The notes under the pieces: generated by a model | Database searches by the model: none | Told to the model about the DNA's origin: nothing | The model's input: only the letters and a program-made list of their open reading frames with translations | Part shown: one piece after another, positions 37,776 to 45,812 of the stretch | Layout of the letters: each line of letters begins with the position of its first letter | Position numbering within the stretch: the first letter of the stretch is position 1 | Position numbers and translations under genes: made by a program | Source of the DNA: an uncultured Dehalococcoidia bacterium | Lineage (GTDB): Bacteria > Chloroflexota > Dehalococcoidia > Lucifugimonadales > UBA1123 | Length of the DNA: 64,000 nt | Reading direction: 5' to 3' | Assembly: GCA_964640295.1 (NCBI GenBank) | Contig: CAZXFX010000002.1 | Coordinates: forward strand, 5,758-69,757

Positions 37776-38951
37776 CTACGCCTCGATCAGGACTACGTCC
37801 CTCTGCATTTGCGTCGTCACCTGCGGGCCGTCCTCGGACATGAACACGTCTATCTCAGAGCGCACGCCAAACTCCGGTATGTAGATGCCCGGCTCTATCG
37901 TGACCGCGATGCCCGGAATCAGCTTCCGCGTGTCATGCGTCTCCCACGAATCCAGGTTGACCGCGTTGGAGTGCACCTCGCGCCCGAGGCTGTGTCCGAG
38001 CCGGTGATTGAAGTAGTCGCCATAGCCCGCTTCCTCGATATAGTCTCGCGCTACCTTGTCGAGTTGCCAGCCTTCGAGGATTCGCCCTTCGGCGAAAGCG
38101 CTTTCCATTTCGGCCAGCGCCGCGTCCCGCGACCCTAGCACGATGTCGAACACCTCGCGCTGCTTATCAGGAACCGAGTCGCCCACATACGCCGTCCACG
38201 TTATATCGCCGAACATGGCGTCTTCGTCCGGCAGCCGCGTCCACAGGTCTATCAGAACCCAGTCGCCGCGCTTTATCCGAGCCGAGTTCTCCGGCGTAGG
38301 GTCGAAGTGCGGGTCCGAGGCGTGCTCATTCACCGCGACCGCGGGTCCGTCCGTAACGATCATGCCTTCTTCAAGGAAGCGATTGCGGATGAACTGCTTG
38401 ACGTCGAACTCGGTAACGCCGGAGTCAATGCTGTCCCCAATATACCGGAACGCCTCCAGTACGATGACGCTGAGCTTTTCCGCCGCGTACAGATGGGACT
38501 CGAACTGCTCTTGGTTCCAGCGCTGAGTCGCGTACTGAAGCAGGTCTGCGGACGGGACCACATCCGCTCCGAGGCTCTTTACCAGTTCGAGCGTTCCGCC
38601 GTCCACGTTCGACACCCTCGGCAGCGCGCACTCCGGCGTGTATTCCATCGCGACACGGCCGGACACGCCCAAGTCGTCTCGCAGCTTGGCGGTCATGTCG
38701 CGCCGGTTGATGAACAGCGTCGTATCCAAATCCAGATGCTCGAATCGGCTCTGGTCAACGAAACTGAGCAGCAGGCGCGGGTCGCCGGTCGCGGGTATCC
38801 ACAGCCAGACGGGCCTGGTCACATGTCCTACCCTGCCGACCGTATCGGCGAATATCGGGTTCAGCCCCCGGTAGTCATAGAGCAGCCATCCGTTCACGTC
38901 ACGCTCACTCATATACTCTTGCGCCTGCGCTATAACCTCTTGCATAGACAC
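37776..38951 (-). CDS. M24 family metallopeptidase (Xaa-Pro aminopeptidase-like)
   Basis: 391-aa ORF with VLIDLW...DITWT, HRLGHSLGREVH and TIEPGIY metal-ligand blocks of the pita-bread fold. Confidence 0.85.
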   Translation of the reverse strand: MSMQEVIAQAQEYMSERDVNGWLLYDYRGLNPIFADTVGRVGHVTRPVWLWIPATGDPRLLLSFVDQSRFEHLDLDTTLFINRRDMTAKLRDDLGVSGRVAMEYTPECALPRVSNVDGGTLELVKSLGADVVPSADLLQYATQRWNQEQFESHLYAAEKLSVIVLEAFRYIGDSIDSGVTEFDVKQFIRNRFLEEGMIVTDGPAVAVNEHASDPHFDPTPENSARIKRGDWVLIDLWTRLPDEDAMFGDITWTAYVGDSVPDKQREVFDIVLGSRDAALAEMESAFAEGRILEGWQLDKVARDYIEEAGYGDYFNHRLGHSLGREVHSNAVNLDSWETHDTRKLIPGIAVTIEPGIYIPEFGVRSEIDVFMSEDGPQVTTQMQRDVVLIEA

Positions 38952-39034
38952 GCCAACACTTCCTCCAAGAATTCAGTCCCGCTTTCTGCGGTTCCAATGT
39001 AACAGTGACAGTATAGCAATTCGTTCAGTCGGGT

Positions 39035-39904
39035 TTAGAAGTCGTCCGGCGGTTCCATGTCGCGTTCTTCGAATTGATACCAGAAGGCGGCGTCTTCGTT
39101 TTGCGCCGAGGCGAACTGGGCGGCGTCTTCGAATACGAGGCTTTGGGCGCTGGGCGCGATTCTGACGGCGGCCACGATGGCGTATGCGTCTTTTCCTGTG
39201 GCGCGTCTCAGCATCATGGCGTGTTCGGCGACTCGCTGGACGTCTCTGCGGTCGGCGGTGAAGGACGCTTCGGCGGTGACATAGAAGGCAGGTCTCGAAC
39301 CTCTCATCTCCGTTACTTCCACCATTACGTCGGCCACTCTGAAAGTGTCCCAAGACGTGTCGCCGAGTTGTAGGGCTTCCACCGCCTCGTAATTTAAGCC
39401 GAGCAGTTCGCTTCGTTCGTCCTCTTTGAGGCGGTTCAGGCTTATTACTCGATTGTAGCCACGCAGCCGGGCGAATATCCGCGCCATAGCGAACGCATTC
39501 TTTCTGGCGTGGTCAGGGGCGCATTTGCTGAGAAATCTAATCAGGTCACGATGTTGCCACCTAGACATTTCCAGCATCTCTTTTAGGTCCCTCCGCATTT
39601 CGTTCTGACCTTCCAGCAGGTTGTTTTGCGTTTGGATAACCTTAGCGAGTTGATTTTCAGCGCGGTCTTGCCGCTGGATAACTTCGGCGAGTTGGCTTTC
39701 AGCGCGGTCTTGTCGTTGTAGCATCCGCTTCTGGATCTGTATGACCTCGGCGAGTTGGCCTGGCATGGCCAGCAGTTCATCGGTCAGAATCAGCCGGCGC
39801 GCTTCGGCGAGCAGTTCCGGGTCCTCGTGGAGGGCGCGGAACAGGACGCGCGGGTTCTGGCGTATCACTCTTATGACGTCTGCGTCTGTTTGTATAGTTG
39901 ACAT
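39035..39904 (-). CDS. hypothetical coiled-coil protein with in-frame 14-aa tandem repeats
   Basis: ATG 39904 (MSTIQTD) is preferred over the TTG at 39940. The central repeats are QLAEVIQIQKRM.../QLAEVIQRQDRAENQLAKVIQTQ. The C-terminal globular part has ADVMVEV...YVTAEASF. Family not recognised. Confidence 0.5.
   Translation of the reverse strand: MSTIQTDADVIRVIRQNPRVLFRALHEDPELLAEARRLILTDELLAMPGQLAEVIQIQKRMLQRQDRAESQLAEVIQRQDRAENQLAKVIQTQNNLLEGQNEMRRDLKEMLEMSRWQHRDLIRFLSKCAPDHARKNAFAMARIFARLRGYNRVISLNRLKEDERSELLGLNYEAVEALQLGDTSWDTFRVADVMVEVTEMRGSRPAFYVTAEASFTADRRDVQRVAEHAMMLRRATGKDAYAIVAAVRIAPSAQSLVFEDAAQFASAQNEDAAFWYQFEERDMEPPDDF
39632..39760 (-). repeat. 42-nt in-frame tandem repeat (two good copies plus a degenerate third) inside ORF 39035-39904
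   Basis: Copies at 39632-39673 and 39674-39715 match at about 35 of 42 positions by eye. A degenerate unit follows to about 39760. Confidence 0.7.
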
Positions 39905-40003
39905 GGGTTCATTGTTCCATACTTGTCGGCGCGGTCGCAATTTGAGGTGCGGCTTGAGCGCGCCGATGGATTGTCTCTGATATATGCCGATTTATGTTTT
40001 TCT

Positions 40004-40089
40004 GGTGGTCTGCTGGCGCTGTTTTCAGGTGGGTACAGGTGGTCTGCTGGTGAGGTTTTCAGGTGGCGCTGACCTGTAAATCACCTGAA
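40004..40089 (+). repeat. intergenic direct repeats plus inverted half-site upstream of the four-gene operon
   Basis: 29-nt direct repeats GGTGGTCTGCTGG-NNNN-GTTTTCAGGTGG lie at 40004-40032 and 40038-40066 (25/29 identical). An inverted copy of the TTCAGGTG core (TCACCTGAA) lies at 40081-40089. Confidence 0.7.
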
Positions 40090-40384
40090 TTAGCTACGAT
40101 TTGGCGGATAAAATATTTTTGGATGTCCGTGAATGCCTTCGTTGATATATTCGGGTTTATGGATATTAGGATGATTGTTCTGCATGAGGGGTAGTATAGC
40201 ATGGGGATACTAAGGGGTGGTAGCCGAATTTGGGGGGATGCGGGTATGGGGTTATGCGTTGCGGAGGGTTGACAGCGCGTCCTGTATCTCTTTACCCTTG
40301 CGCTCGATGATGTCGAGCAGATCCTGGACGGTGCGGGTGTCAGTGAGGTGCTTCATAAATATTTTAACCATTTAGGAAATGTGA

Positions 40385-41260
40385 ATGTCAGACGATGTAG
40401 AGCAGAAGCAAGTTTGTTACCGCGTTCTCAGCCTGGGGGCTGGAGTTCAAAGTTCTGTATTGGCACTCCTGTTGTCTGAGGAGGACCCTGAACTAGCTAA
40501 ACAAGGCTACAACAAACCGGACATCGCCATCTTCGCGGACACTGGATGGGAGCCTGAGTATGTTTATCGACACTTGGAGTGGCTTGAGGATCAGCTAACC
40601 TTTCCATTGGTTAAAGTTTCTAGCGGCAATATCAAGAAGAATGTGAAGAAAGGTCTCACTCCTTCGGGCCACGAATTCATTGACATTCCCTTTTACCTAG
40701 TGAACGAGAACGGGAAAAAGGGGATGCTGTGGCGACAATGCACAAACCACTACAAGATACGTCCCATTCTCAAGGAAGTCCGGGAATTGGCCGGAGGACA
40801 GCGTGGACGCCCATTTCCGAAGAACCAATACGTCGAAATGTGGCTTGGCATCTCGATGGACGAGGTAACTCGTATGAAACCTAGCCGCGAACCGTGGGTT
40901 GAACATCGCTGGCCTTTGGTAGATATTGGAATGTCTCGTCAGGACTGCATAGATTGGTTTGTTGTAAATCACCCCGGTAGGCGCTTGCCCCGCTCGGCGT
41001 GCGTGATTTGCCCATATCGTTCCGATAAGCACTGGATAGAGCTAAAGCAAAAGGAACCAGACAGCTTTGATGAAGCCGTGAGGTTTGATCGCTGGCTCAG
41101 AAACAGTAGGAAGAATCCTGTTAGAAGAGTAGTAAACGGGCGTCCATATCTCCATGCTTCCCGGCGGCCTCTCAGCAGTGTGATTGCGGAGCGCGAGGCT
41201 GTTGGCATAGACGTAGTGAATCACTTCAATAACGAATGCGAGGGACACTGCGGTGTCTGA
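40385..41260 (+). CDS. phosphoadenosine phosphosulfate (PAPS) reductase family PP-loop protein
   Basis: 291-aa ORF. LSLGAGVQSSVLALLL is a CysH-type PP-loop variant, with FADTGWEPEYVY, QCTNHYKIRPI, WLGISMDEVTR and CVICPYRS following. The C-terminal ECEGHCG is reminiscent of the CysH ECGLH tail. AGGAAA RBS. Lower G+C than the flanks. Confidence 0.75.
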   Translation: MSDDVEQKQVCYRVLSLGAGVQSSVLALLLSEEDPELAKQGYNKPDIAIFADTGWEPEYVYRHLEWLEDQLTFPLVKVSSGNIKKNVKKGLTPSGHEFIDIPFYLVNENGKKGMLWRQCTNHYKIRPILKEVRELAGGQRGRPFPKNQYVEMWLGISMDEVTRMKPSREPWVEHRWPLVDIGMSRQDCIDWFVVNHPGRRLPRSACVICPYRSDKHWIELKQKEPDSFDEAVRFDRWLRNSRKNPVRRVVNGRPYLHASRRPLSSVIAEREAVGIDVVNHFNNECEGHCGV

Positions 41261-42500
41261 TATGGACACGGATTCGGTAGCCCCGGACTATGCGCTCCAC
41301 CCATATCAGAGGGGAGTGCTTTCAGGAATCATGCAAGCGCTGTCTTCTCCGGAAGCTAGAGCAGTGGCTCACCTCCCCACTGGTGCAGGAAAGACTAGGA
41401 TAGCGTCTCATGTTGCCTGTCACATGCTTAACCGAAAGGACGACGATAAGGCACTTGTCATTTGGCTGGCGTCCGGCGGCGAACTCTGCGAACAAGCCGC
41501 TGGCGAAATCGCTCGGGCATGGTCGCACCTCGGGTGGCGGAAGGTAAACATTTATCGTAATTGGGGCGGGAGCACACTCAATCTGCGCCAGCTATCAGCT
41601 GGGTTCTTGGTATCCAGCCTGGCAAAATTACGTTCAGCCGCTTCCAGAGACAATACCCTGTTGGCCAATATAGCCAGCCACGCAGCAGCAATCATATATG
41701 ACGAGGCTCATCAGGCGGTCGCGCAGACTTACTCCTTTATGACCGAGCAGCTTTGCAGCAGAAGGCCGCCGTTGCTAGGACTTACGGCTACCCCTGGGCG
41801 TACTGCGGGGTTCTCGGCCAAAGATTATCAATTAGCAGAGATGTTTGCTCACACCAAAGTCTCCATAGACCCGATGGGACACGATAACCCGGTTACTTAT
41901 CTGATCCAAAATCGTTATCTGGCCGATCCTCGCTTCATACAATTCAATTTTGAATCTGACAGTGACGTAGTGAACGACACTAATGGGGAGGATTACAGCG
42001 GTGCGGTTCTTAATGCGCTTGGAAAAGACATCATGCGAAACCGAAAGATCATTGAACTCGCTCAGAGGGCTGCGACACGCCACCCGCGGACAATAGTGTT
42101 TTGTCCGTCGGTTGAAAGCGCTGAATTCTGTGGGTCAGCGTTGCGTGCGAATGGTGTCTTGGCGTTTACCCTTACGGCTGGAACAAGTTCTGACGAGCGC
42201 AGTGAAATCATTGCATTATTCAAGAGCAACAGTCGAGATAACATGGTGATGTTCAACTACGGGGTCCTGACCGCTGGCTTCGATGCGCCACGTACACGAT
42301 GCGCGATCATCGGGCGTCCCACAAAGTCTCTCGTGCTCTACTCACAAATGGTGGGGAGGGCAATGCGAGGGCCACGGTCTGGCGGGAACGCCAGGTCGGA
42401 GATATTCACGGTCGTTGACATGGACCTACCCGGGTTCGGTTCAGTGGCAGACGCGTTCACCAACTGGGAGGAATTATGGTCGAACAATCCACAGAGCTAG
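41253..42500 (+). CDS. superfamily 2 DEAH-box helicase (type III restriction Res-like core)
   Basis: 415-aa ORF with motif I PTGAGKT, motif II YDEAHQA, motif III LTATPGR, motif V VLTAGFDAPR and motif VI QMVGRAMRG. GTG 41253 overlaps the upstream stop. An alternative ATG at 41262 lies 1 nt after it. Confidence 0.85.
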   Translation: MSDMDTDSVAPDYALHPYQRGVLSGIMQALSSPEARAVAHLPTGAGKTRIASHVACHMLNRKDDDKALVIWLASGGELCEQAAGEIARAWSHLGWRKVNIYRNWGGSTLNLRQLSAGFLVSSLAKLRSAASRDNTLLANIASHAAAIIYDEAHQAVAQTYSFMTEQLCSRRPPLLGLTATPGRTAGFSAKDYQLAEMFAHTKVSIDPMGHDNPVTYLIQNRYLADPRFIQFNFESDSDVVNDTNGEDYSGAVLNALGKDIMRNRKIIELAQRAATRHPRTIVFCPSVESAEFCGSALRANGVLAFTLTAGTSSDERSEIIALFKSNSRDNMVMFNYGVLTAGFDAPRTRCAIIGRPTKSLVLYSQMVGRAMRGPRSGGNARSEIFTVVDMDLPGFGSVADAFTNWEELWSNNPQS

Positions 42501-44353
42501 ATCATTTGAAAGATGCGGATAGAAGCCTTTTCCCCGGCAGCTTCACCATTCGCGCTCTTCGTGATAGCAGGTATCACAATACGGCATACGCTATTTCCGA
42601 ACTTATCGACAATTCTATCGAGGCTAATGCACCGAGAATTGAAGTCTTGTGTATGGAATCAGCTCAGACTGTAAGGAGGCAGAGTCGAAATCGGGTGTCG
42701 GGGATTGCGGTCCTAGATGATGGTGAGGGCATGGACGTGGAGACGCTGCTGGAAGCTCTCAAATTCGGTGGCGGAACACGACACAGTTCCATACGTGGCA
42801 TAGGCAAATATGGCATGGGCCTTCCGACAGCGTCGCTATCACAATGCAAGCGGGTTGACGTGTGGACTTGGCAAGATGGACTGGACTCGATGTGGCATTC
42901 GTACATAGACACAGAAGAGATTGAAGAAGGGAATCATATGGTTCCCTTGCCGGATCGGGCGACTCCGATACCAAAGGAATGGCTGAGTGCTGGTAATCCC
43001 GATATTTTCAATAACGCTACCGGAACTCTGGTAGTGTGGCGCAACTTGGATAAGATCCAATGGAAAACCGCCAATGCGATTATCCAGAACACATCTCGTG
43101 AAGTGGGTCGAATACACCGCCACTACATTGACGCCGGGATTCATAGCATCACCGCAAAATCCTTTCTTGATAGGCAACCAGGTCTATTCTCAAATGAGAC
43201 CCCCTTTGTGGCCAACGACCCACTGTACTTAATGGCTCCAACGTCGATTCCTGAAAGTCCTTGGGATGATGAACCAATGTTTGAGCAATGGGGGCCGATT
43301 GTCCGATACCCGCACATTTCTGAGGGTAAAGAGGAAGTCGTAGAAGTCAAATACTCCATTGTTAAACCGGATGCGCTTAAAACAGAATTGGTGACGCAGA
43401 ATCCTGGAGACACTCCCCGTGGCAAGCACGCCAGCCGTAATATAGGCGTTTCAGTCGTTAGGGAGGATAGAGAAATAATTCTGGAAAATGCTTTCCGCAG
43501 AGAGGGTGGTAGTGCTGAGAATCCACAGAATCGCTGGTGGGGATGCGAAGTGAGCTTTCGGCGTGGCAGCGATGAAATCTTTGGACTCGATCATAACAAG
43601 CAGATGGTCGCGAACTTCACTCAAGCAGCCAAAACTCTTGCTGGAGATGATCGTCCTAATCAGGAAATTCTTGATGAATTGGCTCTTGACGACGATATTA
43701 TTTACAAAATCGTTGGTGATATACGAGATCAGACCAGAGCCATGATGCGACACATCCGACAGATGTTTGCTCAGAAACGAAGGACGCCAAAGACTGACGA
43801 TGAAAGGCCAACACCCGAAAATACTGCCACCGAGACTGCCACTAAAGCAGACCAGGAGGCCGTCAAAGCAGGAAGAGAAGAAGCTACAAACACAGATATA
43901 GAGCGCGAGGAAAAGGATCCGGCTGAAAGAATCAGTGGCCTCAGAAGTCAGTTTGAGGAATTGGGTCAATCTAGGGAAGAAGCCGAAAGCCTTGCAAAGT
44001 CAATAGTTGAGAAGGGGTTGGGTTATCAATTTAACTCGACCCAACTCGACGCTTACATGATTTTTAATGTGCGTTCCGACCAAGGAGTGCTGCACATAAA
44101 TCTCAACACAGACCATGCAATGTATGACCTACTCAGACATGTCGAAGATGGCCTCGATGAAAATATCGATGAAAATGATCCTGCATTCCAAGCCACTGTT
44201 GCTATTAGATTGCTCCTATCATCATGGGCGCGTATGGAGGATCAGATGACCAATAGAGAGGATAGGGCGAACATCCAATACATAGCGACGCTTTGGGGCA
44301 GGCAGGCAGAAAAAATGCTGAGTCAACTGCGAGAGCGCGAAGAGTGGGGGTAG
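42476..44353 (+). CDS. GHKL (HATPase_c_3, MORC-like) ATPase with charged coiled-coil C-terminal region
   Basis: 625-aa ORF with N-box ELIDNSIEA, G1 box LDDGEGMD and G2 box GKYGMGLP. An acidic/basic helical segment spans roughly aa 440-500. GGGAGG RBS. Overlaps the helicase 3' end by 25 nt. Confidence 0.8.
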   Translation: MVEQSTELDHLKDADRSLFPGSFTIRALRDSRYHNTAYAISELIDNSIEANAPRIEVLCMESAQTVRRQSRNRVSGIAVLDDGEGMDVETLLEALKFGGGTRHSSIRGIGKYGMGLPTASLSQCKRVDVWTWQDGLDSMWHSYIDTEEIEEGNHMVPLPDRATPIPKEWLSAGNPDIFNNATGTLVVWRNLDKIQWKTANAIIQNTSREVGRIHRHYIDAGIHSITAKSFLDRQPGLFSNETPFVANDPLYLMAPTSIPESPWDDEPMFEQWGPIVRYPHISEGKEEVVEVKYSIVKPDALKTELVTQNPGDTPRGKHASRNIGVSVVREDREIILENAFRREGGSAENPQNRWWGCEVSFRRGSDEIFGLDHNKQMVANFTQAAKTLAGDDRPNQEILDELALDDDIIYKIVGDIRDQTRAMMRHIRQMFAQKRRTPKTDDERPTPENTATETATKADQEAVKAGREEATNTDIEREEKDPAERISGLRSQFEELGQSREEAESLAKSIVEKGLGYQFNSTQLDAYMIFNVRSDQGVLHINLNTDHAMYDLLRHVEDGLDENIDENDPAFQATVAIRLLLSSWARMEDQMTNREDRANIQYIATLWGRQAEKMLSQLREREEWG

Positions 44354-45192
44354 AAACCCTACTCGGAGAATCGCTCAGAAGAATATGCGCAAATGCTGAG
44401 TACATCGTCTTAGCGGCTCCATACATCAAGGCGGATGCACTATCACGTGTGGTTGATGAAGTGAGCGAAGACGCCTCGCTGACCTGCATAACTCGCTGGC
44501 AAGTAGAAGACATCGCAACCGGGGTTTCGGACTTGGAATGCTACTCCATCATCAGGGAGGTTGAGGGAGAGTTCAGACTCCATCCGCATCTCCATGCCAA
44601 ATACTTTAGGGCAGATGAGCACATCCTGATAGGTTCCGCGAATGTAACGAACTCCGCCTTGGGCTGGGCAGCCGAACCGAATCTTGAGATACTCTGTTCA
44701 CCTGGACCAGACTTTGATGCGGATTCTTTTGAGGCGACGCTAATTGAAGGTTCTCGTGAGATTGGGGACAAGGAATTTTCCCGTTGGCAATCCATTCAAG
44801 CTACGGTTACTCAAGGCGACGAACATGAATTCTCCGCACACAGTTGGTCCCATCTCAACGCATGGCGACCAACGACTCGCGACCCTGCGCACCTACTCTT
44901 GGCCTATCGGGGGTTACATGGGGAAATCGCTTCACCTGACGAACTGGACGCTGTGAAGCGAGACATGGACATTCTTCGGTTACCTCAAGGATTGACATGG
45001 GAGGCTGTTGAGAATCGGATAGCGATAGCCTTCCTGTCCGCTCCTTTTGTACAGTCCGTTTTAACGTTGAGGGATTCCGAAAATACCATCTCACATAGGG
45101 TACTTTCTGAAAAATATGATCTCAGCGTAACAGACGCGCGCAGAGGAGCCGAGACGGTCCATAACTGGTTTGCGTTCTTTCTGTCAGATTGA
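44344..45192 (+). CDS. phospholipase D (HKD) superfamily nuclease-like protein
   Basis: Single HKD-type motif HLHAKYFRADEHILIGSANVTNSAL. GTG 44344 overlaps the upstream TAG (44351-44353) and is preferred over ORF-track ATG 44293, which lies inside the GHKL gene. The C-terminal half is unrecognised. Confidence 0.75.
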   Translation: MGVETLLGESLRRICANAEYIVLAAPYIKADALSRVVDEVSEDASLTCITRWQVEDIATGVSDLECYSIIREVEGEFRLHPHLHAKYFRADEHILIGSANVTNSALGWAAEPNLEILCSPGPDFDADSFEATLIEGSREIGDKEFSRWQSIQATVTQGDEHEFSAHSWSHLNAWRPTTRDPAHLLLAYRGLHGEIASPDELDAVKRDMDILRLPQGLTWEAVENRIAIAFLSAPFVQSVLTLRDSENTISHRVLSEKYDLSVTDARRGAETVHNWFAFFLSD

Positions 45193-45269
45193 ACTGACAG
45201 CGTGAGGCTCTACCTTCACACTCCCATCCTGCACGCCGGATACAGTATCGTGAACGACGACGCCTAGGT

Positions 45270-45746
45270 TTATGGGCGCTGGTCGTCGGCTCCGGGCGGG
45301 GGTTCGTCGAAGGGTTCGTTTCGCGCTTGGGCGTCCTGCCACCTGTTGTACCAGTCGCGCCACTGGGCGCGCTCGGCGGCGCGACCCTCGGCTTCGCCTT
45401 GCGCTATGCCTTCTGCACGGGCTTTCTGGTGGCGCTTTTCGAGCCAGTCGTTTACGGCGTCTCTGGTTCCCATCATGGCGTCCCATACCTCCATCAAGAT
45501 GATTGTGCTTATTACCGCTTTCGCGCCATCACGTTCGAGTTGGCTTAGGCTTATGGCTACGATGTCCAGGATATTGCCCTCGCCCATAGCTGTCCAGAAC
45601 GAGTCCGACCGTTCTGTGAGCGCCAGGTAGAATCGGCGCGCCACGAGCGCGAACGTCTGCAATACGAACAGCGCGGCGTAGAAGGGCCGCGCTTCTCTGC
45701 GGACGGTCAGGGCGGATTCTCTTCGGCTTTCCGAGTAGTTGTTCAT
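45270..45746 (-). CDS. hypothetical protein
   Basis: 158-aa ORF with one hydrophobic segment (FYAALFVLQTFALVA) and a Glu/Arg/Ala-rich tail (ARAEGIAQGEAEGRAAERAQW). No family recognised, and several shadow ORFs overlap it. Confidence 0.4.
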   Translation of the reverse strand: MNNYSESRRESALTVRREARPFYAALFVLQTFALVARRFYLALTERSDSFWTAMGEGNILDIVAISLSQLERDGAKAVISTIILMEVWDAMMGTRDAVNDWLEKRHQKARAEGIAQGEAEGRAAERAQWRDWYNRWQDAQARNEPFDEPPPGADDQRP

Positions 45747-45812
45747 AAAATGTATTTTACTTTCTGTCTGGGCGCAAGGGGATGAATATATATGAAAGCG
45801 TTTGGCCGCAGC

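Noticed and set aside
40004-40066. Possible CRISPR array (29-nt repeats)
   Set aside because: There are only two copies separated by 5 nt, so there is no spacer-sized interval. No cas genes are present and the repeats are imperfect.
40185-40255. tRNA-like or att-site remnant in the G-rich segment (GAGGGGTAGTATAGCATGGGGATAC...)
   Set aside because: A D-arm-like hairpin can be drawn, but there is no complementary anticodon stem, T-arm (GTTCRANYC) or acceptor pairing. I found no matching direct repeat at the other end of the operon (45193-45270).
40252-40356. 34-codon minus-strand ORF (MKHLTDTRTVQDLLDIIERKGKEIQDALSTLRNA) divergent from the four-gene operon
   Set aside because: It is plausible as a small regulator, but it has no RBS-like sequence upstream of its ATG. 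It sits only 28 nt from the operon start and I cannot test conservation. It is left unannotated and worth re-checking only if it is conserved next to homologous operons.
40385-45192. Assignment of the four-gene operon to Dnd, Ssp, BREX type 4, DISARM, Mokosh or a SauUSI-type enzyme
   Set aside because: Each named system shares only one or two components with this operon. Missing are DndA/B/D/E and DndFGH, SspA-C/E, PglZ/BrxC/BrxL, DrmA/DrmB and a methylase. The extra GHKL and PP-loop genes do not fit Mokosh or SauUSI. It is therefore reported as an unclassified candidate.
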